64,000 nucleotides of DNA, taken from IMG/VR virus record IMGVR_UViG_3300020399_000003, positions 9,994 to 73,993 of that record; one strand, written 5' to 3'. Positions 9,943-23,200 of this stretch are shown here, piece after piece. The notes beneath the pieces were generated by a model. The model saw only the letters and a list, made by a program, of their open reading frames with translations. It had not been told where the DNA came from and ran no database searches. The first letter of the stretch is position 1; every line of letters begins with the position of its first letter. Made by a program: the position numbers and the translations under genes. Origin of the DNA: a virus. Lineage: Duplodnaviria > Caudoviricetes.

Positions 9943-10470
9943 ATGCTAATTGCAGGTATTGATCCAGGAACTAATGGAGCAATCGCTGTTCTGGACTCAG
10001 AGAGTCCAGACAGCGTTGCCCTGTTAGATTTAAAGAAACAGGATACTTGGTATATTCAACACTGGTTGTACGAATTTATCGACATACTAATGAAGAAACC
10101 ACTGTTATCTCGAGAATACTATATATGGATAGAAGATGTACATTCTATGCATGGAATGTCAGCTAAATCTAATTTTGGATTTGGTAAAAATGTAGGAATG
10201 ATTACTACTATTGCAGAACTACTACTAAAAGATTCACCTCACATAGTTACTCCTAAAGTATGGCAAAAATATATAGGTGTAACTGTTAAAGGTAAATCTA
10301 TTAAAAAAGAAGTAGCTAAGATAGCTCAAGGATTATATCCAAATGCAGAACTACATGGTAAACGTGGAGGTCTACTAGATGGTAGAGCCGATGCATTAAT
10401 GATTGCTCACTATGGATTAAAACATTGGGAAATAGATGAAATTACCAAAATACAACTGGAGGAAGAATGA
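9943..10470 (+). CDS. RuvC-like Holliday junction resolvase
   Basis: IAGIDPG, WIEDV, SNFGFG, DGRADALMIA. Confidence 0.88.
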   Translation: MLIAGIDPGTNGAIAVLDSESPDSVALLDLKKQDTWYIQHWLYEFIDILMKKPLLSREYYIWIEDVHSMHGMSAKSNFGFGKNVGMITTIAELLLKDSPHIVTPKVWQKYIGVTVKGKSIKKEVAKIAQGLYPNAELHGKRGGLLDGRADALMIAHYGLKHWEIDEITKIQLEEE

Positions 10471-10916
10471 AAATAGAGATAGATATAGATGTTGAATCTA
10501 TAGTAAAAGAAGCACTTAAAAAGAAACAATCAGAACAGATAGTTTCTGCTCCTATAGAAGCTCCTCCTGTTAATGGAAAATCTAAATGGGAATATGGACG
10601 CATATCAGGTAAGAGACGTACTACTGAAGAACTAGCTCTCCATGAAGCTGAAAAGAAACTAAAGCGTAGACTTACTCCTGAGGAAAAAGGAGAGATCAAA
10701 GCTAAAGTACATATCGATGAAACAACAGAGAATAAGATTAAAGAAGCTGTTATTAAAAAAGATCGTATCGAAAAGATAGCTGCTGGAGGTATGGCCGCAG
10801 CAACTAAAGAATTAAAAGAAGAAAAAGAAATTATATTAGAATCTGATATTAAAATTGTAGAAGAAACAATTCCTGAAACAGAAGATTTTAATCTTCCTAA
10901 ATCCTTATTCCAATGA
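10467..10916 (+). CDS. Hypothetical charged protein
   Basis: ORF coupled by ATGA overlap. Confidence 0.65.
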   Translation: MKIEIDIDVESIVKEALKKKQSEQIVSAPIEAPPVNGKSKWEYGRISGKRRTTEELALHEAEKKLKRRLTPEEKGEIKAKVHIDETTENKIKEAVIKKDRIEKIAAGGMAAATKELKEEKEIILESDIKIVEETIPETEDFNLPKSLFQ

Positions 10917-11068
10917 TCCAGATTAAAAGTATACTCTATACTATTGGAACTCTGATTCTACTAATCGCGGGGATACTTATGTTACCTCTAGGATTACTAT
11001 TACTGGCTGTAGCTATACTCTATGGTTTCTATAGAGTTCTATTCACCGTGAGACATACCAATGATTAA
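10913..11068 (+). CDS. Small membrane protein (51 aa)
   Basis: ATGA overlap; MIQIKSILYTIGTLILLIAGILMLPLGLLLLAVAILYGF hydrophobic stretch. Confidence 0.6.
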   Translation: MIQIKSILYTIGTLILLIAGILMLPLGLLLLAVAILYGFYRVLFTVRHTND

Positions 11069-11225
11069 TCTACAAGAAGCACTACTAATAGTGAGTAAAC
11101 TATTAAATGATTACTTAAACGATCCTAATATTTCAGTAACCAAAGAACAAGAACAAGCTGTACTATTAATTAGAGATATAGCTGAGGGTAACGGTTGGAG
11201 TATTCAGAATGAATTCCGGGATTAG
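11061..11225 (+). CDS. Small hypothetical protein (54 aa)
   Basis: Overlaps the previous stop; converges on the vRNAP stop. Confidence 0.5.
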   Translation: MINLQEALLIVSKLLNDYLNDPNISVTKEQEQAVLLIRDIAEGNGWSIQNEFRD

Positions 11226-14200
11226 AAATTCTTTAGATCTGATAGTACTTCAAAGAGAGTTATATTATTTGCTTCATCAAATAGATCATCAGTCTGGAAG
11301 ACATTCGGTGAGAAGTCTCCACCCATCCAAGCACTATTCACATTACCTAGAGTAGGAATTCCGGACATTTCCTGTAGAAGAGCAGAGATAGCAACAGATG
11401 ATGGATTACTCATTACTAGTTTCTTAACAGCTCTTTGATTTCTTAACCAATAAGATAAAAAGGAAGTAGCACCAAGAGCGTCAAGCATTTCTAATGGAGC
11501 AATAAGAGACTCATCAAATAATACGAATGCTTCTAATGCTTCATGTAATGATTCTTTAAAGGATTTTCCTAAAACATTTTGACTATGTTCCATCATTACA
11601 TATCGACCCATAAAATCTGTCATCTGTACTACTTGTTTAGAGTATTGATATGGAATACTTTCTTTAGTCCAAAACAATGTATGTGCAACTGTTTGTACTG
11701 ATCGTGGAATTTTATCCCCAACGTTTTTAAGTTTACCTTTAAATAGTAGACGAGACATTCTATTCCAATATCCATCCAACTGAGCCGCATTAAGATCCTC
11801 AATAATTAATGAATCCACACCTGCTTCATTCATTTTATGAATTTTATTTCCTTTAATTCTAACTCTTAATCTTTTTACTTTTTGAGCTTCAGGACTATTA
11901 TCTGGTAATTTTTTTGTATCAATATCATACTGAAGCTTATTCATTTCAATAGTATCTTTACTGTATTTCTTATATTCAGAAAGTCCTTCAATTAATTTAT
12001 TAAAAATATAAGACGGTGGAATTTTACGCATCATTAACTGTGTTACATTTGACATCATATTCAAAAATATAACTTTTGGAATTGCTAATACTACTCGATT
12101 CTTACCCCACCCTACTGTTTCTTTAATTGTATAATGACTTAAACCGGCAACTCTTTCAGCTAATGGATGTTTATTATTCTCAAAAATTTTTGCTTGAGTA
12201 ATATCTTTTTGTTTATATCCAAAGACCTTATCAACAATATCAATTCGAACCATGAACTCACCATTAACAGCAAACTCTTGCATATATTCTCGAATTGGAC
12301 GAGGCATTTTCTTATAACGTTCATGATATGCCGATGCGGGATCTAACATATTAATAAACTGCTTCGGGTGAGTTTTATATAGCTCTTCCTGTTCATGTAC
12401 TAATAAGTGAATTGTTTCTTTATCATTTAAAATCGTATTTTTACGATCCACTAAATTAGAATGCATATGCGCAAATACATTCTGGAATTCTAAATCAGGT
12501 CTAATAATATTTTTTGTGTCTTCATGATTCATCATTATTCGATAATCAACTATCTTATTATTCTGATCAAATAACGGACGAAATTTAAATCGATCATCAA
12601 ATCCTAACTTCTTAGCTAGTTTATTTTGATGTTGTTTAAATTGTTTAAGCTTAGCGCGAATTGCAGGCATATCTGGCCTACCAGTATTACCAACCTGATA
12701 GGCAGGATTTAAACTTAATATTTCTGTTAACGTTGTTCCTTGATTCCGTGTATTAGTCGTAGACATAATCCCAGATACATCTTTTACTTCTGGTTTATTT
12801 CGATTAATATACATAACATAGTGTGTTTGATTAGTAGCTATTTTACTTAATTTAACAGACTCTGTATATCCTCTCTCATCAAATTCCTCTTTTTGTTCTA
12901 CTGTACCAATTTGAATATCAGTTAGATTATCCATGCGTTCGACAACGTATCCTTTCATCATTTGAGTAGGATCACCATCGAATAAATCTTTTCGAGATTT
13001 TGCTTTAAAATTAATATGCGCTTGCATAATACTAATAATGCCATTTTGTTGAGAATCAGCTTTAAATTCATTTTTAGCTAAGTCTTTAATTAAATGAGCA
13101 TCTTGTGTATCAATATGATCTAATGCTGAAATGGTTGCATATGCATCTAATAAACCTACTCGTTCTTCTGTAGGATTAGAAAGATAATCTAAAGCTATTG
13201 AATATGCATTAGATCGAGCGTCTGCTAATCGTTCAGTTAATCCTGTCATTTGCCAATACCCTAATTCATCAGCATATTGGATAGCAGCACTATCTGCTGT
13301 TACACCTAATCTGCGTAGTATATCTAGTTGTAATTGTTTTCTAGCTCGTATTGAATTCTTATCTTTACCAATTAATCCAATAATCTTTTTCATTCCAGCA
13401 GGTGAATTAAGATCTAAACCGGCAGTTATAAGTTGAGATATATCACTGCGTAACATTACATTAGTGAGTGCTTCCCTGGTTTCAACAGACATAGCATGTC
13501 GTTTAGTTGGATCTAATGATTTCCAAATACTTTTTATCCCATCTCGTTTATTTCCATTAAACCAATCTATTTGGAATGTTTCTGCTAGTTGACGTTGTTT
13601 TGATATATGAACTTTTGATTGAAGTAGTTGTTCAATCATTTTCTCACTAAGAACACCATCTCCAAATTCTTTAAGAAGTCCTCGCATTGAATAGTTCATT
13701 TTTTCCATCCAACTATTCCGAGCTTCAGTGATAGTATTATCTTCACCAAAATAAATATATGGTAGTGCAATTAATCCAGTAGCAATTTTTAATCCAGGAT
13801 CAGCACTTTCAAAACTAGGTTTTCCTTCTTCAGTAGATTTAACTACTGCTCTCGCATATTTTTTATAAGCTTTATTAGCAAAATTTCTAATTATTTGATC
13901 AGATGCATCTAAAGCTTTATATGTTTTACTTTGTATTTGTTCAGCTTTACTTTTATGTTTATTCTGAATTGCAACGAGTTGTTCAGTTATGGCAATAGCT
14001 TCTGACAACTGTAAGTCATTCTCAGGCTTATACACACGTTGCCCTAACACTTCTCTAACAATATCAACAATATTTTTAATCATATCTAACATTCGTCCGT
14101 ATAACCCGGTCCTTTGAGCAATGGAATTACTCTTCATGAAATTAGATAGAGACGCATTCGTATTAGCATAAGCCATAAACTCATGTAATCGAGCTTCTTC

Positions 14201-17200
14201 TTTTGCATGGAATGCATGCTGATATTGTTTTTTAGCCATAACAATTTCTGCAGCAGTAGCTAATTTTGTAGGACCTGTACCAGGTGGTAAGAACACTTTA
14301 TAACCTTGTCCTTTACCGTATGTTAGTTCTAAAGTAGTTTCAACATTTGAATACAATCTTTCAATTCTTTGCCTAACTAAAGGGGATTGATCAATAGCTA
14401 TAGAAGTCATCCCATGTAGTAGTTCATGAGTATAGACTTCCTGAGGAGATTGACCATTACGAATTCTTGGGGCATTTCGACTAGCTGAAATTGTTATTCT
14501 TTCTTGAGCTTCACTATATGTTCCTTGAGTAATTCCTTCGATTTGTTCATATGTTAATTGAATGCCTGCTGTTGCATCAAAACCTTTACTTAATATATCT
14601 AATACGCGACTTAGACTATCTGTATGACTAGCTTCTTCTTCCGCGTTATTATAATAATTACCTGATAGCTCAACAAAATCATTAAATAATGTTTTAACTT
14701 TATTACGAGTTATGTCACCCATATCTTTTGGGTCACCATAAATCTTTCCTTTCTCAGCCAGTAAAGATTTTAATTCTTGTTTATCCTCTTCAGTAAAAAA
14801 GTCAAAAGAAGTTTGATGTTCTTCGTACGTTCTAGTAAATGTTTCTGCGATCTCTTTTTTAGCTACTGGATTACGTTCTCTATTATTAACTGATTCTTCA
14901 GCTGTAGCTAACATTCCCTCTCTCAATACTTGATCTTGAGATTGACCTTCTGGTTTCTGCATAAACATTTGTAGAGATTCATTAAGTCCACCATTTTCAG
15001 AAGCTAATTTTTCAAGTTGTCGTCTTGCTTCTAAAACTTTGTCTTTTACTTTTGCAAAACCTTCTATTAGTTCTTGATAACCAATTTTGTCATCATCAGA
15101 TTTATTCTTATTATCAAAAAATTCATTTTTAACCCAATCCATAAGTTCTGCTTCAAGACTACGAACACCTTCAGGCCATTCATTATTGTTTTTTTCTACA
15201 ATATCATTATCCATTTGAGAGGTAATACCAAGAACCTTTTGGACTTGATCATAAGTTTGCTCAATAACACTATGTGTTCGATTATAGTGGAGAAACAATT
15301 GTCCATAAGCTGCACTAATGGTAGATAGCTGTTCTGGGCTAGCCATAAATGCATCATGTAGCATTAATACATTTAAATCCCCAACCCAACGTTTACCATC
15401 AACATTAATATTTGAATCACCATTCATTGTCTGAGTTAGCAGAACAGAGTCCATATTAATGATCTGACGAATTAAAGCAGACACTCCAGGCTCAATAAAT
15501 CTTAATTGTTGTGGGAAGGTATTATGAGTTTGAGAAGTATTAGAATCATACTTACCATCTTTACCCTGATTAGCTGTTCTATATTCTATTCTTTCGTCAG
15601 CAAGTTTATCTCTACCTTGAAGACTTGAAACTAAATCTAATTGTATTTCTTCAGGAATATCCTTTTTAAAATTTATTATTTTAATTAATCTAGTTTTAGC
15701 ATTTTCAGTTAAGTCATCTACATTCTCTTCAACAAAATTAATGAGTTCTTTACTACTCATTTTATCAATGTTTTCAGGTACTCCTATTTTCTCGTTTAGT
15801 ACTGAAACATTTTCAGTTTTAGATAAATCAATAAATCCTTCCGTATTACCATTTTCATCAATACTAGATATAGGTCCTTTATACTGAGGAAATACTTTAA
15901 TCAACTCACCTTTTGTATCTTTAATTAACTTAGTTAATTCATGTTTAGTTAAAGAACTACGACCAACTTCTTTTAATTTTGTATCATAGGCTCGTTTAAA
16001 ATGAACCATAAACGTACCATGCAGTACTCCACCCATTTGAACAATGGTATCTCTAGCTTCCTGAGTAGGCGCTAACATAGTCTTAAGACCATGATCAAAT
16101 CGAGGAGCTATTGTAGTACTGATATTGGCACGGAGGTAATTATCATTAAAATATTTATTTAATGATTCACCTTTTTTCATAGATTCTATAAATTGTGCTT
16201 TTGTAACAACAGGTTTAGTACCTCGATTCTCTTGTCGAAAAGCTCCTAATGCTTCTAATGCATTTACAAAATCAGTCATCTGTTTTGCATAACTTCGTAA
16301 TTCTTGAGCAATATCTGCAGCTTCTCCTTCAAGTCGTTCACCTACGTCTGTAAATTTATATTGTTGGAAAAAAGCTTCTGCTTCTGCAGACGATGCTCTC
16401 ATACTATTGTATGTTTGTTGCATTACTCCAACTTGGGAGTAGAGTTCACTAATAATATCTTTAGTAACGTCTTTAGAAATACGATCTATACCGCCACCGT
16501 ACATATGGATAATAAACGGGTATTTAACTACACTGCGTAGGGCTCCAGCATCTTGTGTAAAATCGGGGTAGATAGTATTAAGTGCAGCATTTAATTTATT
16601 ATAGTCACTAAGTAAATTCTCAGCAGCTTTCTTCTCAATTTTTTCATTACCTTTATCTTTTTTCTTTACATGATAATTCCATTTATTTTCTTTATATAAA
16701 GAGAATTCACTATAATCATCTTTCCATCGATTCTTATTAATAAAATCAATTGCTATCTTATTGGATTTAGATTCAAGATTTAATGTTCCATCGCCCATTG
16801 CTTCTTGTACATACTCTGCAAGAGTCTGATAGGTATCTGGAGCTTTAGTATCATGCTCAGTATCATTACCAAAATATGTAGCTACTTTAGCAAGCATCTC
16901 TGGCATATTTTTCCACATAGGAAATTGCATAACATTCATTGCAAAGCCATTAGAGATACCATCAATCTCCATAACAATATCTGATTCAAATGATTTATTA
17001 ATTGTTTTTCTAAAGCCAAGCTTAGCTGATTTACTAGGAGATACGGTCATGTACTGAGCTAATCCAGCAATACCCTGGAGTAAAGACATGTTGCCACCTT
17101 TAGTATCTTCGCCAAATTTAACAATAGATAACGCATCAGCAAATTCTTTAGCTGCTGCTTTCTTCGCCACCAGTGCATTCTTATGCTTAGTCTTATTAGC

Positions 17201-20200
17201 TTTTTTAAGCTTAGTGCTCTCTACAAGATTTCTTGCTTTAGTTAATTTTTGATAAGCATGAACTGCAGCTAATACATTACTGTTATTAACAAGATCATTA
17301 AAATAAGTTTTTGAGTCACCATAAGTTTGTTTATCAATATCACTTCCAAAATTCTGAGCAACAGCTAACTCAAACTTCCATAGATTTTTTTCGTTGTAAG
17401 TTTTTGGTTCCCAGGATTTTAATAGGAAACGATCAACTTTACTTCCTTGAGGATTGATCTTGCCTTCTTGCATAATACGATGATGATTCTGCAGGCTATA
17501 AGTAAAATAAAATTTATCTAATTCATTACGATCATTAGCCTCTACAAGTCTTTTTAAGCTAGCTAATTTATCTCTATTAGAAGCTGCTTTAGACTCCATA
17601 TCATATTCATGCCATCTACCTTTTTTAATAGGTTCACCGTTTTTATCTATTTTACGTTTACCATCTTTATCTAATACATATACATATTCACCATTAGCAT
17701 CTTTTTCATATAATTCTTCAATACCCATTACTTGTTCTAGAACATCACTATGATCTTCAAATAGATCACTAACTATATCCATTGGTTGAGATTTACTCCA
17801 TTCAACCTTATGTAGTTTTTTCATGAGTCTTTGAACTTCTTGAGGTACTTCTCCAAAAGTACCGGGTACATCAGTTCGAATATCTCGTGGATTTTGTAGC
17901 GGACCAGCATTAGATTGAATATCTAAATTAAGTGTTGTAGTTAGATCCTTTACTGCAGCTAATCCCTCTTCTGAAGGTGGGCGCTTCTCATTAACCTTAA
18001 GTTGCCTATATCCAAATCCATCTTTATCAGCTTTAGACCCCTTAACATTATTGTTATAGGCTCTGCCTGGTACAGTAGCTTCATCGAATGCCCATTTATG
18101 TACATCTTTAATAAAGTAAGCTTCACTATCATTGCCTTGAGCTGTTTCAATAGCTGCCATTCCAAGAGCAGGAATTAGATGTTCATAGTATATATCTATT
18201 CCTTCTTGTGTTAATTCACCAGAAGCTTTAGTTGGGGATAAGTGTAGCATCTGGGATATGTCATATCCTATCTGTCTAGCTACATCGTTATAGCTGTATC
18301 CTAATTTACCTAGTTCAGTCTTCTCATTTTGATTTAATTTTTGAGTATTATTATAGAGAAAAGTTTCCATTTTATAGTCACTATCTCCAAATACATTATT
18401 ATCTGCAGTTCTTTGTCTCCATGTCATTGCACCAACCATCATTGAGAATATAACTTGATTAGGTAATATTCCTTGATGATTATCAGGATTTTTCGTATCT
18501 TCACGATACAGTAATGACAAGGGTTGTCTAATAGCGTAATTAGTTGTATCAATTAAATTTGCAAGTGGGACTGTAAGAGCTTTACCATCATTTGCATTAG
18601 GAGCTTGAATTACTGCTTCTTTTCCTTTAATAGCTAAAACTTTAAATTGGGTACCCGCATATTTAGCTTCATTTTCAGTAGAGCTACTATCTACTAATAC
18701 AACTGTATTTCCTTTTACAATTGCATGATAAAGAGTTTCTCTAAAACGTTTTGCAAATTTGCTGTACCTAGCAACTAAAACTTTAGCTGATTTAGGATCA
18801 AGTCCTAGATTTGTTAATGCTTTAGTTAGTGCTTTAGTAGATTCAAAATCAGCATCAGAAAGAGTATGAATACCTCCTTCTTTAACTCGTTTACCTATAT
18901 TAACTAAATCAGTAAATTTTTTCCCAACTAGGCCGAGAGCTTTATCTAAATTATCTTTGCTTACTGCTTTAAGAGCTGTTTGATATATTAGAGTAGCAGA
19001 CTCTACAAAATTCTTTCCTGCGAAGGAGAATTCGATTTGCTCTCCGGGCTTACCTTCTTCATCTTTAGTAGTTTCTCGCACATCAGGAGTAGATTCATCA
19101 GGAGATTTAGCAGATTCTTCAGGTGCTTTATCTTCTGTCCGAGTGTCATCTCCTGCTGGTTCATCAGTTTTGGATTCTGCGATACGTGATTCAAGACCTG
19201 CAATTGTTGTTTTGAGTTCGTCAATTTTGTCTCGAAGAATTTTTTTATTCTCATCACCTTCCCCCAGTTCATTAAATGCATCAACAGTAGTCTTTAATTC
19301 TGTTTTAGCTTCTTTTAATTGATTTTCTAAAGTAGAAGCTTCGTCTACTGTTTCATCAATTTTAATATCTTCTCGTTGTTCATCTGTTACTTCTTCAACA
19401 ACGCGAGGCATAGCCCCTCTTAGCTTAACTAGTGTGTCATATACGTTTTGCTTAGCTTTAATCTTAATTTCTTGATTAGCAGCTGTTTGGGCCATAGAAG
19501 TCTTCTTATAACCCTGCACTGTTCCCATAATTAACTTGCCATATTTAACTTCTCCTTCTAAATTATTAATAAGACCATCAGACTTATTAATAGTAAAGTT
19601 TGCAAATTTATGGGTTTTATCACTGATAAGAGTAACGAATTGTCCATTAGTTTTACGAGCTTCAAATGATGATCCTTCTTTATATTCAACTCCATTAGCT
19701 TTAGCTTGAGCTTTTGCATCTGCTTCAGTTAATGGCATAGAAACCGTTTTGTAGTTCATTTTGCGTACACCTCTCGGTGACTTTTCATCAATTGAACCTA
19801 CAACAACAGCACCCATACCAGAGGCTAAGTTAGGGATCATACCTTTAGCTCGTTTAAACTCAGCCAATTTACTACTTAAATTAGTCGCATGAGTAATCAT
19901 TTTCGAAGTAAGTGCTCTAATATGTCTGTCACGAAGTACAGGATCAGTTAGATTCTTATACGAATTAATAATTTCTTCATGGTATTTAGCTAAACCTTTC
20001 CACTTTTTAGTATCACCTTCTAAAATTTCTTCATGAACATCAGCCATTGTTTTTTCGGCTTGTTCTTCTTTTTCAGCTCTTTTAGCTTTTTCTATTTTTC
20101 TATCAACTTGATTTTGCCAATAGAGTGTATCTTCTGCAGGAGCATCTGGATCTGCTTTTGATTGCGCTAATTTTTTCTTTGTTTCATCAATGGATAATTT

Positions 20201-23200
20201 ATCATGCTCTTCTTCGCTATCCTCAATAGAACCAAATGTTTTACCCCCTTTACCGTCATCTTTAGGAGCATATTTTTTAACAAACTCATCAAATTTAGCT
20301 TGGACTAATTTTCGAGCCTCATCGCTCATATTGCGTTGAGTTAATTCTTGAAATTTTTCTAGTATCGTACGAGGAGTTTCATCAGGGCGAACTCGAGGAA
20401 TTAACTGGTCTACTGGAATAGTTTCAGTTAGACCTTTTATGCGTACATGCACTTTTCCATCTTTTAATAATCCAACAATTTCTTCAATTACATAGCCTTG
20501 TGTATCTTGACTTTCTTGATTTTCATCATTTTTTAGATCAACTATATCACCAGGTCCGTAATCTGGATGATCTTCAATAGGTATGTAGTTAGGATTATTT
20601 TTTGGCTCAGCAAGCATTGTTATTTCTTCTAAAATAGCATCAACCCCACTATCATCAATATCTTTTCCAGCATTTTTATTAATTTGAACATTAACTATAT
20701 TTTCTTGCTTACCTTCAAGTTGAGTTGTTACTTTTTCTAATTGAAGTTTTTGATATTCTTTTTCAGCTTTTAATAAACTTGGTTTAGCTGTTTCTTCTAA
20801 TACCTTTCCAATTTTATTTATTTTTTCTTGTACTTTTTCCGTAGCTATAATTTTTTGAATATCAGAAGATTTTTCATCAGCTTCAATTGTTTTAAGATCT
20901 TCTTCATATCCTTCAACTTCTTTATTTAATGCTTCCCCATATTGTGTATCTTTTACTTTAATCGTATCAGTATCTGACCGTCCTGCAAAAGTTTCTCTTA
21001 TACTATTTTCTTTAGTAACAACTTGAGGTAAACGACTTTGTAATGTATCTAATTCTGACCCTGAAGTATTTAAATTTTCTTCTAAATCTGTACTAATAGC
21101 ATTTATCACATCGTCTACAGTACCATTAGTTTGATTAGCTAAATCTTTATGTTTCTCAAATAATTTTTTAATTTTAGGATTTTTTGTTTCTACTTTTAAT
21201 TCACCACTTTTTGCATCAGTAGTAACATTAGGTAATTCAGCTATAGCTGATTCAACTTCTACAACTTCATTAGTTAGTTCTTCTAAACGCGCAAGATCTT
21301 TAGGATTCGTATCCTTTTCAAATTTTTCAATTCTTTTAATTTGTTCTTCTATTGCAGTTTTTTTCTTTTTTAATCCATCTTTTAATTGTTGTTCATTTGA
21401 TGGACTAAGAATTTTTTTAGTAACAGCTGTTGTTACATTTGCTGCAACAAATGTAGGTCCTAATGTTAGAGATCCAAGTCCTTCCATTAATGCGCCCTTA
21501 TATGTTGCTCTCCAATCAACTGTTTCTTTGGGTAGTTGTCCCTCAATAACTACTTCTGCACCACCTTGAACAGCTTCACCAGCTGCACCACTTACGAAAT
21601 CAACAGCTTTACCTCCAATTTTACCTAAAATTTTAATGCTAGTAGGAGTATTCTCTCCTATCTTTTTAGCTATTTTTCGAATCCACTGCACATGTCCTCC
21701 AGGAGGACCTTTACCAACTACTTTATCTAAATAACCTAAACTTATTTTTTGAGTAATTACTTTTAATGCCATCCAATTTTCAATAGAATTTTGAACTTCT
21801 GGCGTGTAATTTTCTTCCCCATGCTTTTCAATCCATGCTGCTTTAGCACGTTGAGATTCATCTCTAATAAAAGTAGTTAATGTGGCACTTCCTGTAAACA
21901 ATCCTCCAGCAACTAAAGCTAAAGAATACGCAGCACTACCTAATCCTTCTTTAGCATAAGCTGCTTTATGATTTTTTAACATTTCCCAAACAGCAGCAAG
22001 TTCACCATCTTTATCAGCAATTAAATCATAAATTGATTGACTCGCTTGAAATCCAGCATCATTTGTTGGGAAAAGAGCTCTCCATTTATCCGCGTATTCT
22101 GTAATCCTTTCTCTTTGTTCGTTGTTTTCATCAGCTTCTTTTTGTAATTTAGAAAGTACTCCAAATTTTGGATCGTTTTTAAATTGTTCTTGAGCAGTAG
22201 TTAAAGTTTTACTAGTAAGAATAGATCTATACATTTTAACATCTGCAGGTGTAAGATCAGTTTCTTTCTTATTAAGTAGTACTTGAGCCTGTTTTAATTT
22301 ATTATAATTATTAACTTTTCCTTGTAGACTTTGTTCTCCAACAATAGCACCTGCAACATATGCATCAAGACCACCAATACTTCCCATTAAATAGTTCTTA
22401 ACATCACCAATAGACCATTCTTTATAAGCACCATTAGCTTGATTTGCAGCATCTCGTGCAAAACGAGTAGCATAATAAGTTGCTTCTTCTTCAGTTAAAT
22501 TAGTTACGGGTTTACCATTAATAATTGCAACCCATGTACCATCTTCAAGTCCTAAAACATTAGGTCCTTTAGTTTTAACAACTGGAGAATTTATCTCCAT
22601 ATGTGGTGCTTCAGTTAATGCAAGAACACTAGCTTTTACATGTGGACTAACATCCATATTCATAATAGATAAACGTTGTTCTTCTTTAGGATCACTGCTA
22701 CTTACTAAATCATAATAATTAACATTAGATGGGGGCGGTAATGTAGATGGATCTGATTTTGCTCCTACTCCTATAGCTATACTATCTCCTGCTTTTCCTA
22801 AACCTTCTAATGCTTCACCTGGAGCTTTAGATCCACCTTTAACTAATGCATCTTTTGCATCAACCCATTTTTCTTTATCAGATAGTATTTCTCCAGATTT
22901 ACTTACTCCTTTTACAAAATTATTTTTTGCATCAACTAATCTATTGCCAAGTTCTTTAGCTATTTCAATATCAGCTAAAACATCTTTTGTTATTACTGTA
23001 GCGGTACCTTTAACTTTAGCAACTCCTGTATCAATAAGTTCATCTGCTTTATTAAGTATGTCATTACCAAATGCTTCTAATTGATCAAATACTTTAGCAG
23101 CATCAGCAGTAGAAGGAAGATCAGGAAGTTGATCTGTAATTGATTTAACAGCTTTTTCGGCACCTTTTAGTGCTAAATCTGGAGCTTGTGAAACACCACT